Part shown: positions 34,268-43,677 of the stretch, piece after piece
Numbering within the stretch: the stretch's first letter is position 1
Layout: every line of letters begins with the position of its first letter
Origin: a virus
Lineage: Duplodnaviria; Caudoviricetes
DNA length: 64,000 bases
Direction: 5' to 3' (one strand)
IMG/VR virus record: IMGVR_UViG_3300033233_001970
Program-made: the position numbers and the translations under genes
Notes under the pieces: model-generated
Seen by the model: the letters and a program-made list of their open reading frames with translations, nothing else
What the model was told of the DNA's origin: nothing
The model's database searches: none

Positions 34268-34582
34268 ATGAGACATGGCAACGGTCTCCCGTTCGCAGCC
34301 AGCGTTGACCGACCTGCGATGATCCGAATTGGTGAAGCCGTCCGCGAGCTACGTGAAGAGCGTGGGATCACTCTTCGCGCGCTCGCGAAGACGCTCAACT
34401 TGTCGCCGCCATTTCTATCCGACTTGGAGCACGGCCGGCGTCGCATGCCGCGTGTGGAGGACTTCGCAAACGCGCTCGGTGTGAAACCGAGGCATTTCTA
34501 CGATCTCGCGGGCTGGTGCCCGCATTGCGACGGAACAGGGTACGCGGTCGGTGGCGCGGACCGGCGATCGAAGGTGAAGTGA
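34268..34582 (+). CDS. XRE HTH protein with C-terminal CxxCxGxG
   Basis: IGEAVRELREERGITLRALAK..FLSDLEHGRR; CPHCDGTG. Confidence 0.82.
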   Translation: MRHGNGLPFAASVDRPAMIRIGEAVRELREERGITLRALAKTLNLSPPFLSDLEHGRRRMPRVEDFANALGVKPRHFYDLAGWCPHCDGTGYAVGGADRRSKVK

Positions 34583-36504
34583 TGAGCACGAGCATGATGC
34601 AGTATCTCATCGTTGTTTTCGCCACTTTCGGATTGGTTGTCTATGGCATTGGCCGGTTGCGCATCGTGATGAAGAAAAAGCTGTCGGAAAATAGTCTGCT
34701 GCGAACGAACACGACCGTACCTGCGAGCGGCCCATTTCGGACAGCGCCACCGTTAGATGATGGCGCGAAGGATGTCGTCGGTCCCGTCATGACGTTGCAA
34801 CCGAAGAAACTCGTCCTCGCTTTCAAGGAAATACGTGAGGTCGTATGTCCGGCGTGCGACGAAAAATGGAAATGGTGGTATTTGCCTCAGCTCTGTACGT
34901 GCAACGAATGCGACAGGCTTCACTTTCATCAGAAGCATGCCTATGTAGACGCAAAGGATGGCAAAGGCGTTACGTACGGCAAAGTCCCATACGGTGACGA
35001 AGATTATCAAGGTTGCGGTTTCGAGTGGCTTGTTTATGCCAAGCACGTTTCGACCGGCACCGACCCGCAACAGCGTCTCGATCGGCGACCAAGAAAGAAG
35101 GCGCGTGATGCCTGAGTGTCCCGAACACAAAGGTACAATCTTCGGGTGCATGGCGTGCGCGTACAACGAGGCAAGAGCGGAAGTAAACCAGCTTCACGCT
35201 TTGCTCGGGCCGGGAATCGTTGCGCGTATCGAAGCTTTCTCGCGCACACGCATCGAAACTTCTTTGTCAAGCGCACGCCGAAGAATGGTTGCGTCAACTC
35301 GGCGGTCGCATCTCGCGTCCGCGCATCTTCCCGCCAGGCTCATCGTATCCGTGCACTGCAAATTGGCCGTTCGCAGGGGCGGTGCCGGGATGAGGTTTGT
35401 TTACCGCGCGGATGCAATTGTCGACATCATTCAGAAGGTCACGGGCTTTGTGCGCGATCTCGGTGTGCCGGTACGAAGCGGCTCCTTTCGCATTCACGAG
35501 GATGGATCGATTGGTCTTTTGCTTTCCGGAGAACGAAAAAAGAAGCGGTACACGATCGAGGCGTTCGACGTCGCGAACATTCGAGGCGTCCAGGGTCGCG
35601 CCGAGCTTGTGGCGCTTATTGGATCGGTTTTTCAGGGCGAGATCATCGATCCTGATGCCCGATCGGTGACCGGAGAGAAGCGATGACGCCCAAGGAGCGA
35701 GCGAAGGTTGAGGATCTAGATCTGAAACTTGCGATGGGCGTCGAGCAGACAACCCTCGCCGTCAGTCGCATCCTCCAGTCCGCCGTAAGGAATGAGTGGG
35801 AGAAGGTTCTCGCCGATCTCGCCTTCGCAAAAGAAGTCGCGTCGCTCTCGAAACGCAACTTCAAATCACGAATGCGTATCGCTGTTGGGCTACGGAAGAC
35901 GTCGACCAGCGAGGAGTGGAAGCGATGAGTGTTATTTGCGAGCACGGTAACTCGGCGGCCGTGTGCCGATCCTGCAACGAGCGGCGCATCGCCGCGCTCG
36001 AGGCGGAGAACGCGCGGCTCCTAGAAGCCATCGAAGGGCAAAAGGCGCTGGCGCTGTACGGCTACCAGGTACGCGACGAAGAGAACATGCGGCTTCGCGA
36101 AGCGCTGCGGGCGATTCTCGATCTCAAAGGTGCGCCGATCGAGTGTGACTGGAAAGCCGGTGTGATCGCCAGCGCGGCGCTCGCCGAACAAAAGACCAAG
36201 AAAGAAGGCGTGTGATGCGCGCAACCGATCACGAGACGGACGAAACACCTCAGCGCGCGAGCCTCGAGAAAAACGGGAAAACAATGAACGCTTGTGACCA
36301 CGGCGTCATGTTCAACGAAACCGAAGCCAGAAAACTCATTGAGGGCTGGGCCGCCGCAGACGAGGTCGAGTTCATCATGGGATGCCCTGCGAGCGCCGAA
36401 GTGCGCAAACGATGGCCTCGGCTCAACGGCTCATGCCCGAAGGGCTGCGGATACGTCGGTATCGCGTACGCATCGCACGAACACTACACCTATGGAGATT
36501 GGTG

Positions 36505-37041
36505 ATGGTCGATCCGCGTCGCGAAAAGAAACCCGTCAACACGCTGCCGCCATCGCCGCCGCTCCATGTGACGCTCGAGGAAGCGCGCGCGTGGCTGCGG
36601 AAGATTATGTGGCAGAAGAAAGTACCGTGCCCGTGCTGCAAACAAGATGTCAAAGTCTACAAAAGACAAATTAATCGCACGATGGCGAAAGCTCTTATTC
36701 GTCTGCACTTCTTCGATGAAGAGTGGGTGCACGTCCCGAGCGTTATCGGATTTTCAAGAATGGGCGGCGATTTCGCCAAAATGGGCTGGTTTGGGCTCGT
36801 CGAGGAAAAAGATGAGATCAAAGACGACGGCAATCCGCACGCGGGCTTTTGGCGTATTACGGAACTAGGCCGTCAATATGTGCGTGAGCAAGCGAAAGTT
36901 CCTTCTTTCATTCTGATTTACAACAACAGAGTTTTGAAATCATCGGAAGATCAGATTGGAATTCGCGACGCGCTCGGAAAGAAGTTCAACTACGACGAAT
37001 TGATGCGCGAAGCGATTGAGAGTTCGGGGAAGACGAAATAA
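36505..37041 (+). CDS. CPCC zinc-ribbon / winged-helix-like phage protein
   Basis: CPCCKQ..YKR, GGDFAK..FGLVE, GFWRITELG. Confidence 0.7.
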   Translation: MVDPRREKKPVNTLPPSPPLHVTLEEARAWLRKIMWQKKVPCPCCKQDVKVYKRQINRTMAKALIRLHFFDEEWVHVPSVIGFSRMGGDFAKMGWFGLVEEKDEIKDDGNPHAGFWRITELGRQYVREQAKVPSFILIYNNRVLKSSEDQIGIRDALGKKFNYDELMREAIESSGKTK

Positions 37042-37042
37042 C

Positions 37043-37114
37043 GGCTGGGCTTGGTTTGGCTAGGCATGGCAAGTCATGGCTGGGCGCGGCGAGGCAAGGA
37101 CTCTTTAAGGGGTA
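37043..37114 (+). repeat. GGY-NN pentamer array 1 (11 units) plus terminal hairpin; candidate guide RNA
   Basis: Phased 5-nt units 37043-37097, NN = TG TT TT TA AT AA AT TG GC GA AA, then GGACTCTTTAAGGGGT. Confidence 0.9.
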
Positions 37115-37124
37115 AGGAACCATC

Positions 37125-37724
37125 ATGAAAATCACAAAATTGAAAGCAGTCATCAAAGGAATTCGTCCGCTTCTCATGCACAACGGTCGTTTGCGCGATC
37201 CGCTCGATCCGCATTCGAAAGCGCTGTCCTCGGCGGTGAAGAAGGCAAAAACGTCAAAGGCAGATGACGACATTCTAGAATCCCAGCGCACGGAGTTCAT
37301 CGGCGGTTTCTACTTCGATGAGAAGTGTGGGCCGTGCATCCCTGCCGACAACCTTCAAGCAATGCTTACCGAGGGCGCACGGAAGCGAAAGCTCGGTAAG
37401 CAAGTCGAAGCGCTGGTGCAAGTAACGGAGCCGTCTGACGGCGCTATCGGTTACAAGCTCGAATACAAGGGGTCGCGCGATCCCGAGAAGATGTTCGAGG
37501 ACGAGCGTCATCGTTTCACGAAGTCATGCAAGATCGGTCAGTCGGCGGTGATGCGAACACGCCCGCGCTTCCCCGATTGGCAACTCGCGTTCGACATCGA
37601 GATCACGGAGGGCGGCCCAACGAAGGAGCAGATCCAAGAGGCTCTCGAAGATGCGGGCTTGCTCATCGGACTCGGCGATTGGACTCCGCGTTACGGGCGA
37701 TTCGAGTTGGTGTCACTGAGCTAG
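37125..37724 (+). CDS. stand-alone RAMP-superfamily (Cas7/Csm3-like) protein
   Basis: N-terminal strand IKGIRPLLMH, IPADNLQAML helix, RTRPRFPDW, C-terminal G-loop GLLIGLGDWTPRYGRFELV. Confidence 0.78.
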   Translation: MKITKLKAVIKGIRPLLMHNGRLRDPLDPHSKALSSAVKKAKTSKADDDILESQRTEFIGGFYFDEKCGPCIPADNLQAMLTEGARKRKLGKQVEALVQVTEPSDGAIGYKLEYKGSRDPEKMFEDERHRFTKSCKIGQSAVMRTRPRFPDWQLAFDIEITEGGPTKEQIQEALEDAGLLIGLGDWTPRYGRFELVSLS

Positions 37725-37727
37725 CAA

Positions 37728-37823
37728 GGCGCGGCAGGGCCGGGCACGGCATGCCGGGGCTAGGCTTGGCACGGCTCGGCTCGGCATGGCCAGGCCAGGC
37801 AGGGCAAGGACTCTTCAAAGAGT
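37728..37823 (+). repeat. GGC-NN pentamer array 2 (16 units) plus terminal hairpin; candidate guide RNA
   Basis: Units 37728-37807, NN = GC AG CG AC AT GG TA TT AC TC TC AT CA CA AG AA, then GGACTCTTCAAAGAGT. Confidence 0.9.
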
Positions 37824-37840
37824 ATGCAAATGAAAATCTT

Positions 37841-37916
37841 GGCTTGGCGTGGCGCGGCGAGGCAAGACACGGCTGGGCGGGGCAAGGTCAGGCGAGGCAA
37901 GGACTCTTAAAAGAGG
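37841..37916 (+). repeat. GGY-NN pentamer array 3 (12 units) plus terminal hairpin; candidate guide RNA
   Basis: Units 37841-37900, NN = TT GT GC GA AA AC TG GG AA CA GA AA, then GGACTCTTAAAAGAGG. Confidence 0.9.
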
Positions 37917-37922
37917 ACAATC

Positions 37923-38336
37923 ATGAACAAGAATGAAATCGACACGATCGTTATGGAAATGGTTGACGAGTTGCTCAAAGTAGAGCGATTCACTCGACAA
38001 GATTTCATGAATCGTTGGCCATACCATCCGGCCGTGTTCGGCGACCTGCTCACGCAAGCTTTCGACATTGTTCGAAACGATCATGGAATTGAGTTTCGTC
38101 CTGGTCCTTACGGTAGCGTGCAACGCGCAAATTACAAAGAGACGATCAATCGCTCGCATCGTCAGCGAAAAGCCGCGCTCAAGAAACTCGAACGAAGCGC
38201 AGCACGAGCGGACGTATCCGCGAAAATGGCTACCACAACGAAAGAGCGAGAAACAGCAGAGAAGATGGCTGATCTTCAAAAACTTCAGCTCACTGCGGCG
38301 AAAGTACGATCGCGTAAACGACTTTCGGCTGTATGA
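37923..38336 (+). CDS. hypothetical accessory protein inside the RAMP/array cassette
   Basis: GAGGA RBS; sits exactly between arrays 3 and 4; basic helical C-terminus. Confidence 0.75.
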   Translation: MNKNEIDTIVMEMVDELLKVERFTRQDFMNRWPYHPAVFGDLLTQAFDIVRNDHGIEFRPGPYGSVQRANYKETINRSHRQRKAALKKLERSAARADVSAKMATTTKERETAEKMADLQKLQLTAAKVRSRKRLSAV

Positions 38337-38344
38337 AATCGCAC

Positions 38345-38415
38345 GGCTTGGCCAGGCTGGGCGCGGCTGGGCGAGGCCAGGCTGGGCAAGGCAAGGCAGG
38401 GACTCTTCAAAGAGA
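38345..38415 (+). repeat. GGC-NN pentamer array 4 (11 units) plus terminal hairpin; candidate guide RNA
   Basis: Units 38345-38399, NN = TT CA TG GC TG GA CA TG AA AA AG, then GGACTCTTCAAAGAGA. Confidence 0.9.
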
Positions 38416-38637
38416 TTCGGCAATAAGTGAGAAGTGCTCGGGGCTGATGTGGCCGCCGATATCATATTTTACACCCGCCGAAGGCGTGGCTGCTGGAATT
38501 GCCAAGGAACGAATGGCCATCGAATCCCTCTGCCGATCCCTCCACGAGCCCGATGGACGAGTTTACGCGCTTCGTACCTTGGAGTTGATCGGCAGCAACG
38601 CCGCTGAGCGTACGCGTCGAGAAAAGTCGGAAAGGAA

Positions 38638-39273
38638 ATGAGCGACAAACCCGTCTGGCCGCGCGGTAAGCCGATCCCGAGCTTCGAAAGCTACGCGGAC
38701 GAGGTGAAGTTTTGGCACTCGTACGACTTCGATGATGGAGGCGAAGGTTGGGAAGAGGTACCGAAGGCGTGTCCGTGTCCGCAATGCCGTAAGCCAGTTG
38801 ACATCGGCCCGACACCGCCGGACCAGTGCCGCCATTGCATGATGCTGGCGACCGAGGCCGCGTCGGACGATCTCTTGATCTACTGTTTCGGTCACGAGGG
38901 CCAGTATCACGAGTTTGGTGATTCGGACTGGTCAGGGGAAACGGCCAAGCGATGGGCAAAGGCCAACAAGGTGCTGAGGCGTGCGTGGGAGCCGCCATCG
39001 GCCGGAGCGGCGCACGGGCTCGGTTTCGCTCCAGGCGAGCACGAAGAAGCCGTCGAGGACTACGAATTCGACGTCCGGTTCAACGCAAATTTGACCGATA
39101 GTCTCGCCGTTCTTCTTCGTCGCGTGCTCAAGGATGGCGAAGCCAGAGACCGCGCTGAAATCGTGAAAATCATCGAAGAACATCGTGAGAAATGGCGCAC
39201 GATGTACGAACAAGATACGACCGCTCAGATCGTCATCGGCGAGCTCGGGCGTGTGATCATGCGTATTCGTTGA
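38638..39273 (+). CDS. mosaic protein with CopG-antitoxin-like N-terminus and zinc finger
   Basis: IPSFESYADEVKFWHSYD; CPCPQC..CRHC. Confidence 0.55.
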   Translation: MSDKPVWPRGKPIPSFESYADEVKFWHSYDFDDGGEGWEEVPKACPCPQCRKPVDIGPTPPDQCRHCMMLATEAASDDLLIYCFGHEGQYHEFGDSDWSGETAKRWAKANKVLRRAWEPPSAGAAHGLGFAPGEHEEAVEDYEFDVRFNANLTDSLAVLLRRVLKDGEARDRAEIVKIIEEHREKWRTMYEQDTTAQIVIGELGRVIMRIR

Positions 39274-39283
39274 GCGAAAAATC

Positions 39284-39311
39284 TTGACACAAAATGACAA
39301 AGAGTTAGTGT
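39284..39311 (+). promoter_or_regulatory. conserved phage promoter, copy 4 (leaderless, ATG 39318)
   Basis: TTGACA-CAAAATGA..; 16 nt spacer; TAGTGT. Confidence 0.65.
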
Positions 39312-39317
39312 GACGTC

Positions 39318-39716
39318 ATGGTCGAGAGACTCGAACGCCTGGTGCTACGCGAAATCGGTAAATGGGGCCGCATTTCGCCCAAAAAGCTCTGCATCAACCT
39401 CTCTGAACGCGGCGAGTCGTTCAACGACGTACGCGACACGACGAACCGTTTGTGGAGCCAGGGCGAGATTCGTCTTCACGATCAAATGTGGCAGATTGAC
39501 GATCACTTCACACGCTCGGTGAAGGAACTGAAGAAGAGGAAACAGCCCATAACGCTCCGTACGCTCCGGGCGTACGTTGGGATGACCGACGAAGAGGGCC
39601 AACGCGTCCTCAGGCTCCTCAGGAGAAAGAAGCTCGTGACGTTCGTGCGTGCGAAGAAGTGCAAGACCTGCGGCCACGTCCTCGACAAGAACGAAGGGTG
39701 GGTTTGGGCCGGATGA
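39318..39716 (+). CDS. tandem winged-helix-like protein with CxxC
   Basis: Two short helical repeats, then CKTCGH. Confidence 0.55.
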   Translation: MVERLERLVLREIGKWGRISPKKLCINLSERGESFNDVRDTTNRLWSQGEIRLHDQMWQIDDHFTRSVKELKKRKQPITLRTLRAYVGMTDEEGQRVLRLLRRKKLVTFVRAKKCKTCGHVLDKNEGWVWAG

Positions 39717-40468
39717 CGCCGCGAGAAGCATTTGCGTTTCTGATGGCGCAAGCAAGGCACAAGGATGCCTCGCCGGAGCTCATCGAAGCTGTGGGTATCG
39801 TGCAAGATCACACGACGCGATTGGAGCAATTTTCACAGCTCGTTATTTCGTCGATACGAAGCGCCGAGCGTGATTTGCCAGAGCTCGCCACGATGAACAA
39901 ACATCCGTGGATCCTGAAGAAGAAGCAGTCTGGATGATGACACCGATGCCCTACCGCGAGCAAACACCGGAGCGCATGGACGCGCGCATCTCCGATCTCG
40001 AGACCAAGGTCGAAGAGCTTCTTAATGTCGTCACGAAGCCGCCGAAGGCTGCGCCGCAACCGTCGAAACCGATGATTTTTCGGCAATGGCATCTCGCGCT
40101 CGGAGCAGGACTCGCTCCGATTGCGGTTGGCGCGTTTCCGGCGTGGTTCGCGTCGGTTTACGGAACATCTTCACCGTGGTTCGTTTGGCTTATCGTTTTT
40201 GACATTACCGTATGGCTAGGATCGTACGGTGTATTGATTGGCGTCACCTCAAATTCCAAACGGTGGAACGCGCCGGTGAACAAGGAATGAAAGATTCGAA
40301 TGTCGAACGCGCAAAAAGAGAGCTCATACGCGCGGTCGATGCGCTCTACGCCGCAGCCGCCGCCCTTGAGAATCTCGAGGAGCACGACGATTTCTGCGCT
40401 CAAGACGTGAAAGATTCAATCAGGCGCGCTATGGGCGAAGCCGAGGACGCGCGCAACGCCATCGACAC

Positions 40469-40681
40469 ATGAAAAAAGAAGATTTCAAAATCGGCTCAGA
40501 ATTTTTCACAGCCACCGGTCGATGGCGCTGCACCGACGTCGGCACGAGGGTTGTGGTCGCTATCAAGATCGATCCAGATCAGGACGAATCTTGGCGCAAA
40601 GGGCCACCGTACGCCGTCGCCGAGGTCGTCTTCGATGAATACGATTCTACTGGATGCTCGGAAACGAGGATAGAAGAATGA
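40469..40681 (+). CDS. conserved hypothetical protein
   Basis: GRWRCTDVGTR..GPPYAVAEVVFDEYD. Confidence 0.7.
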   Translation: MKKEDFKIGSEFFTATGRWRCTDVGTRVVVAIKIDPDQDESWRKGPPYAVAEVVFDEYDSTGCSETRIEE

Positions 40682-41958
40682 CTTCTGATGAAAAGAAGCC
40701 CGATGTTTTCGACGCGGCATTGGCGGCACCGACGGCACCAGAAAAAGAGTCGCTCGACTTCCGAAAATGCGTTTGCAAATCCTGTAACGAACCCGTCAAG
40801 TTGATGCTGATGCGCGGCCCCAAAGGCGGGTACGTGACGCTCGGCGGCGGAGCACTCACGCTCGGAAGTCTCTCGAAGGACGTTCTTGTCGTCTGCAACG
40901 CGCACTTTCAGAAAGTGATTCTCGACAAGGAAAATACGGAACGATGGGTCGCGCTCACGAAGAAGCAATTCGGATGGACTGCGCACGCGCACGGCATGAC
41001 ACTCCGAACACTCAAGAAGAAGCTCGTACGGAGCCGCAACCAAGAGGTCAGGAATCGGAAGAAAAATCGAGATTTGCACACGTGCTACAAGCCCGTCTTG
41101 CCTCTTCCGTCATGGGCAGGATGGTTGCTCGGCGGGATGTTGGCGCCGATCATGGGTGCGATTGCGTACCAGTTCTACAAGAAAAAGGCTGCGTGAACAG
41201 TCCCTACCGCGAAGACGGAACCGATCGGACGGCCGGTGAAATGGATAGACATGACTGAGAAAAATTCGTTCGACACGTGGTTGGAACAACCGATCGGCTG
41301 TTCGTCGCAGCTCGCGTGGTCGATCATCATGCAGACGTTGAGCGCCGCCTGGAACGGAGGCGTTATTCTTCGTTTCATGTGGGGCTGGTTCGTCGCTCCA
41401 ACGATTCATGCGACGCAACTCTCGTTCACGATGGCCGCAGGCGTTTATCTTGTCGTACGACATCTCGTTACGCATCAACCAGACGTCAACCGACCCGGAC
41501 CTGTCGTGAAAAACATCGTCGGCAGCTTCATGTGGATGTTTTTGCCGTCCACGCTGCTTTTCGGCGTTGCGTGGCTTTTCCATCACGGGATTTGAAATGG
41601 GACACGCGAACACCACGAACATCAGCCAGTGCTTCAATCGACTCATTCATCGTGGCGGCGTATCGGTCCGTGAATGCATCGAAGAGCTCAAGCGGCGTGG
41701 CGAAGCGGTTCACGCTTCAGAGGGAGATCTGGACGAGCCCTACATGCTCGGCATGGTCGTCGAGCAGATTGTTTCGTGTCTTTTCGAGGAATGCCTCATC
41801 GAGCCGATCGATTTGACACGCAAACAGAAAGCCATCTTCAACGCTTGGAAGCGTGAAGAAAACGGAGATTGGGACAGCGGAGACGATGGCGACGGAGGCG
41901 AGTACGGAATTTTCGATTCCATCAAGTGGCGGGCCACAATTCGTTATTTGGAAAACTG

Positions 41959-42852
41959 ATGAAACACCCGAACCCACTCATGCTCGTTCGGATCGCGCAA
42001 GGCGATGCTTACGGTCTCGCGACCGAATACATCAAGTTCCCGAGAGACCAGGCCATCTACGACAAGGCGCTGAAGTTCGAGTCGTACGGCCAACATCCGA
42101 CGCATTCGCTCAAGCCTGGCTGCTACAGCGATGACACGCAGATGTCGATCGGTGTGACGGAGGTGCTGCTCGAAGAAGAGGGTTACTTCGTGCTCACCAG
42201 TCGTTTCGCTGAAGCGTTCGTGCGCTGTTTCAAGCGCGATCCGCGCGATGGCTATGCGCGAGGTTTCCAAGCGTTCCTTGAGACGGTCAAAGACGGATCG
42301 GACTTCATCGCGAGGATCGATCCAAAATCCGACAAGAACGGCGCGGCCATGCGTTCGGTGCCGCTCGGCGTGCTCGCGGATCCCATTCATGTGCGGTACA
42401 TGGCCAACCTCCAGGCGAAGCTCACGCACGACACGTTGCAGGGCGTGGAGTCGTCGATTCTCGTGGCGCTGATGAGTCACTTCGCCCTTCACACGGACGA
42501 ACCATTGAGCCGTCTTCCCGAGTGGCTAGAAAAGCAATTACCTGCCATAGTGCCGAGATTCATCGCGCCCTGGGAAGGAGGTCCGGTGAAGGTTCCAGAA
42601 GTTGGCATCAACACGGCGCGTGCTGTGATGACGCTTCTCGCGACGGAGACGAGCCTGATTGGCATCGCGAAGCGAACGATCGAGTGGGGTGGCGACACCG
42701 ATTCCGTGCTCGCGGTCGCGTGGGGCATCGCGAGCGCGCGTTTTCAGAACGAGCAGCTTCCGATGTTCTTTGACGGCGGGCTCGAGAATGGTCCGTATGG
42801 ATACAAATTCCTGAAAGAGCTCGGCACCAAGCTCATGGGGAAATATGCATGA
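41959..42852 (+). CDS. ADP-ribosylglycohydrolase (DraG/ARH family)
   Basis: GDAYG, YSDDTQM, NGAAMR, LTHD, GGDTDS. Confidence 0.92.
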   Translation: MKHPNPLMLVRIAQGDAYGLATEYIKFPRDQAIYDKALKFESYGQHPTHSLKPGCYSDDTQMSIGVTEVLLEEEGYFVLTSRFAEAFVRCFKRDPRDGYARGFQAFLETVKDGSDFIARIDPKSDKNGAAMRSVPLGVLADPIHVRYMANLQAKLTHDTLQGVESSILVALMSHFALHTDEPLSRLPEWLEKQLPAIVPRFIAPWEGGPVKVPEVGINTARAVMTLLATETSLIGIAKRTIEWGGDTDSVLAVAWGIASARFQNEQLPMFFDGGLENGPYGYKFLKELGTKLMGKYA

Positions 42853-43370
42853 CGAGAACGCCGCCTTCGTCGAAGCCGGAGCAAACGGCGAGAGGAACGG
42901 AACTTCAAATTTGTCATGACTGCAAGGCCAAACCCGGCGAGCTTCACGGGTCTGGTTGTGACGTCGAGCGATGCATACTTTGTGGCGGTCAGCTCATTTC
43001 GTGTCACTGCGTGTATACGGTCAACGGTATGGACTCGAGCACCCTCGAAGAAAAACATCCCGACATTTACAACAACGGCGCGACCGACGCGATGTGGGAA
43101 AAATATGATGCCGAGGTGAAAAAGTACGGCGGCCCCGATGCGTGGACGGGAATTTGGCCAGGTGTCGAGCAATGCATCTAGTTTGGCTGGTATTCGCGCT
43201 GGGTAAGCTGCAAAACCGGAAAACCCATCGAGCTTCGATTCGGTGGTGAATCAGGAAAATGGGAAGAATGCAAGGCGGCCGATGAGGGTGCGGGTCCGGA
43301 TCTCAACCGTCTCAACGCCTGGAGCGTGATTTGGAGTCGCGAAAAAAGACGATGGGTACTGCCGTCGTGA
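42849..43370 (+). pseudogene. zinc-binding phage protein with in-frame TAG at 43179-43181
   Basis: CHDC..PGELH..GCDVERC..CGGQLISC; the frame continues WPGVEQCI*FGWY..PDLNRL. Confidence 0.65.
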
Positions 43371-43677
43371 TTGCCGTGATCGCCGCCCTCGACTAAAGGA
43401 ATCCGCGCATGGACAGCCCCTATCGAAACATCGGTCCCAAAACCGACAATTACGACCCAGAAAAAGATATCGAAGTTGTTGCGGAGGAGATGACAACGAG
43501 AGTCGTGCGACTTACTTGTGAGAAGCCAACGTCCGCAGTCCAAACGGCCACGGTTCAAACAAGAGATGTCCGACACGAGCCGCCTTGACCCGAGCGGAAT
43601 GGGAAGAAATCAAGACGTTTTGCGACGCGGCGTGGCGTCAGTACGAAATCAAGTTTCCGGATCAATAGGAGAAAAAA

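Noticed and set aside
37043-38399. Plain microsatellite or low-complexity DNA
   Set aside because: NN positions are highly diverse while the triplet and phase are fixed; four copies share one terminal hairpin and cluster around one gene
37043-38415. Canonical CRISPR array
   Set aside because: No 25-40 nt repeats with unique spacers and no cas1/cas2/cas6; the periodicity is 5 nt
37526-38641. ORFs 37526-37936, 37815-38465, 38068-38430 and the start of 38333-38641 (G/R/A/W/L-rich)
   Set aside because: They are translations of the pentamer arrays, which rarely contain stop codons; a period of 5 does not fit codon structure
43179-43181. TAG stop-codon reassignment
   Set aside because: Many clear genes end in TAG (37724, 44391), and other lesions are TAA or frameshifts
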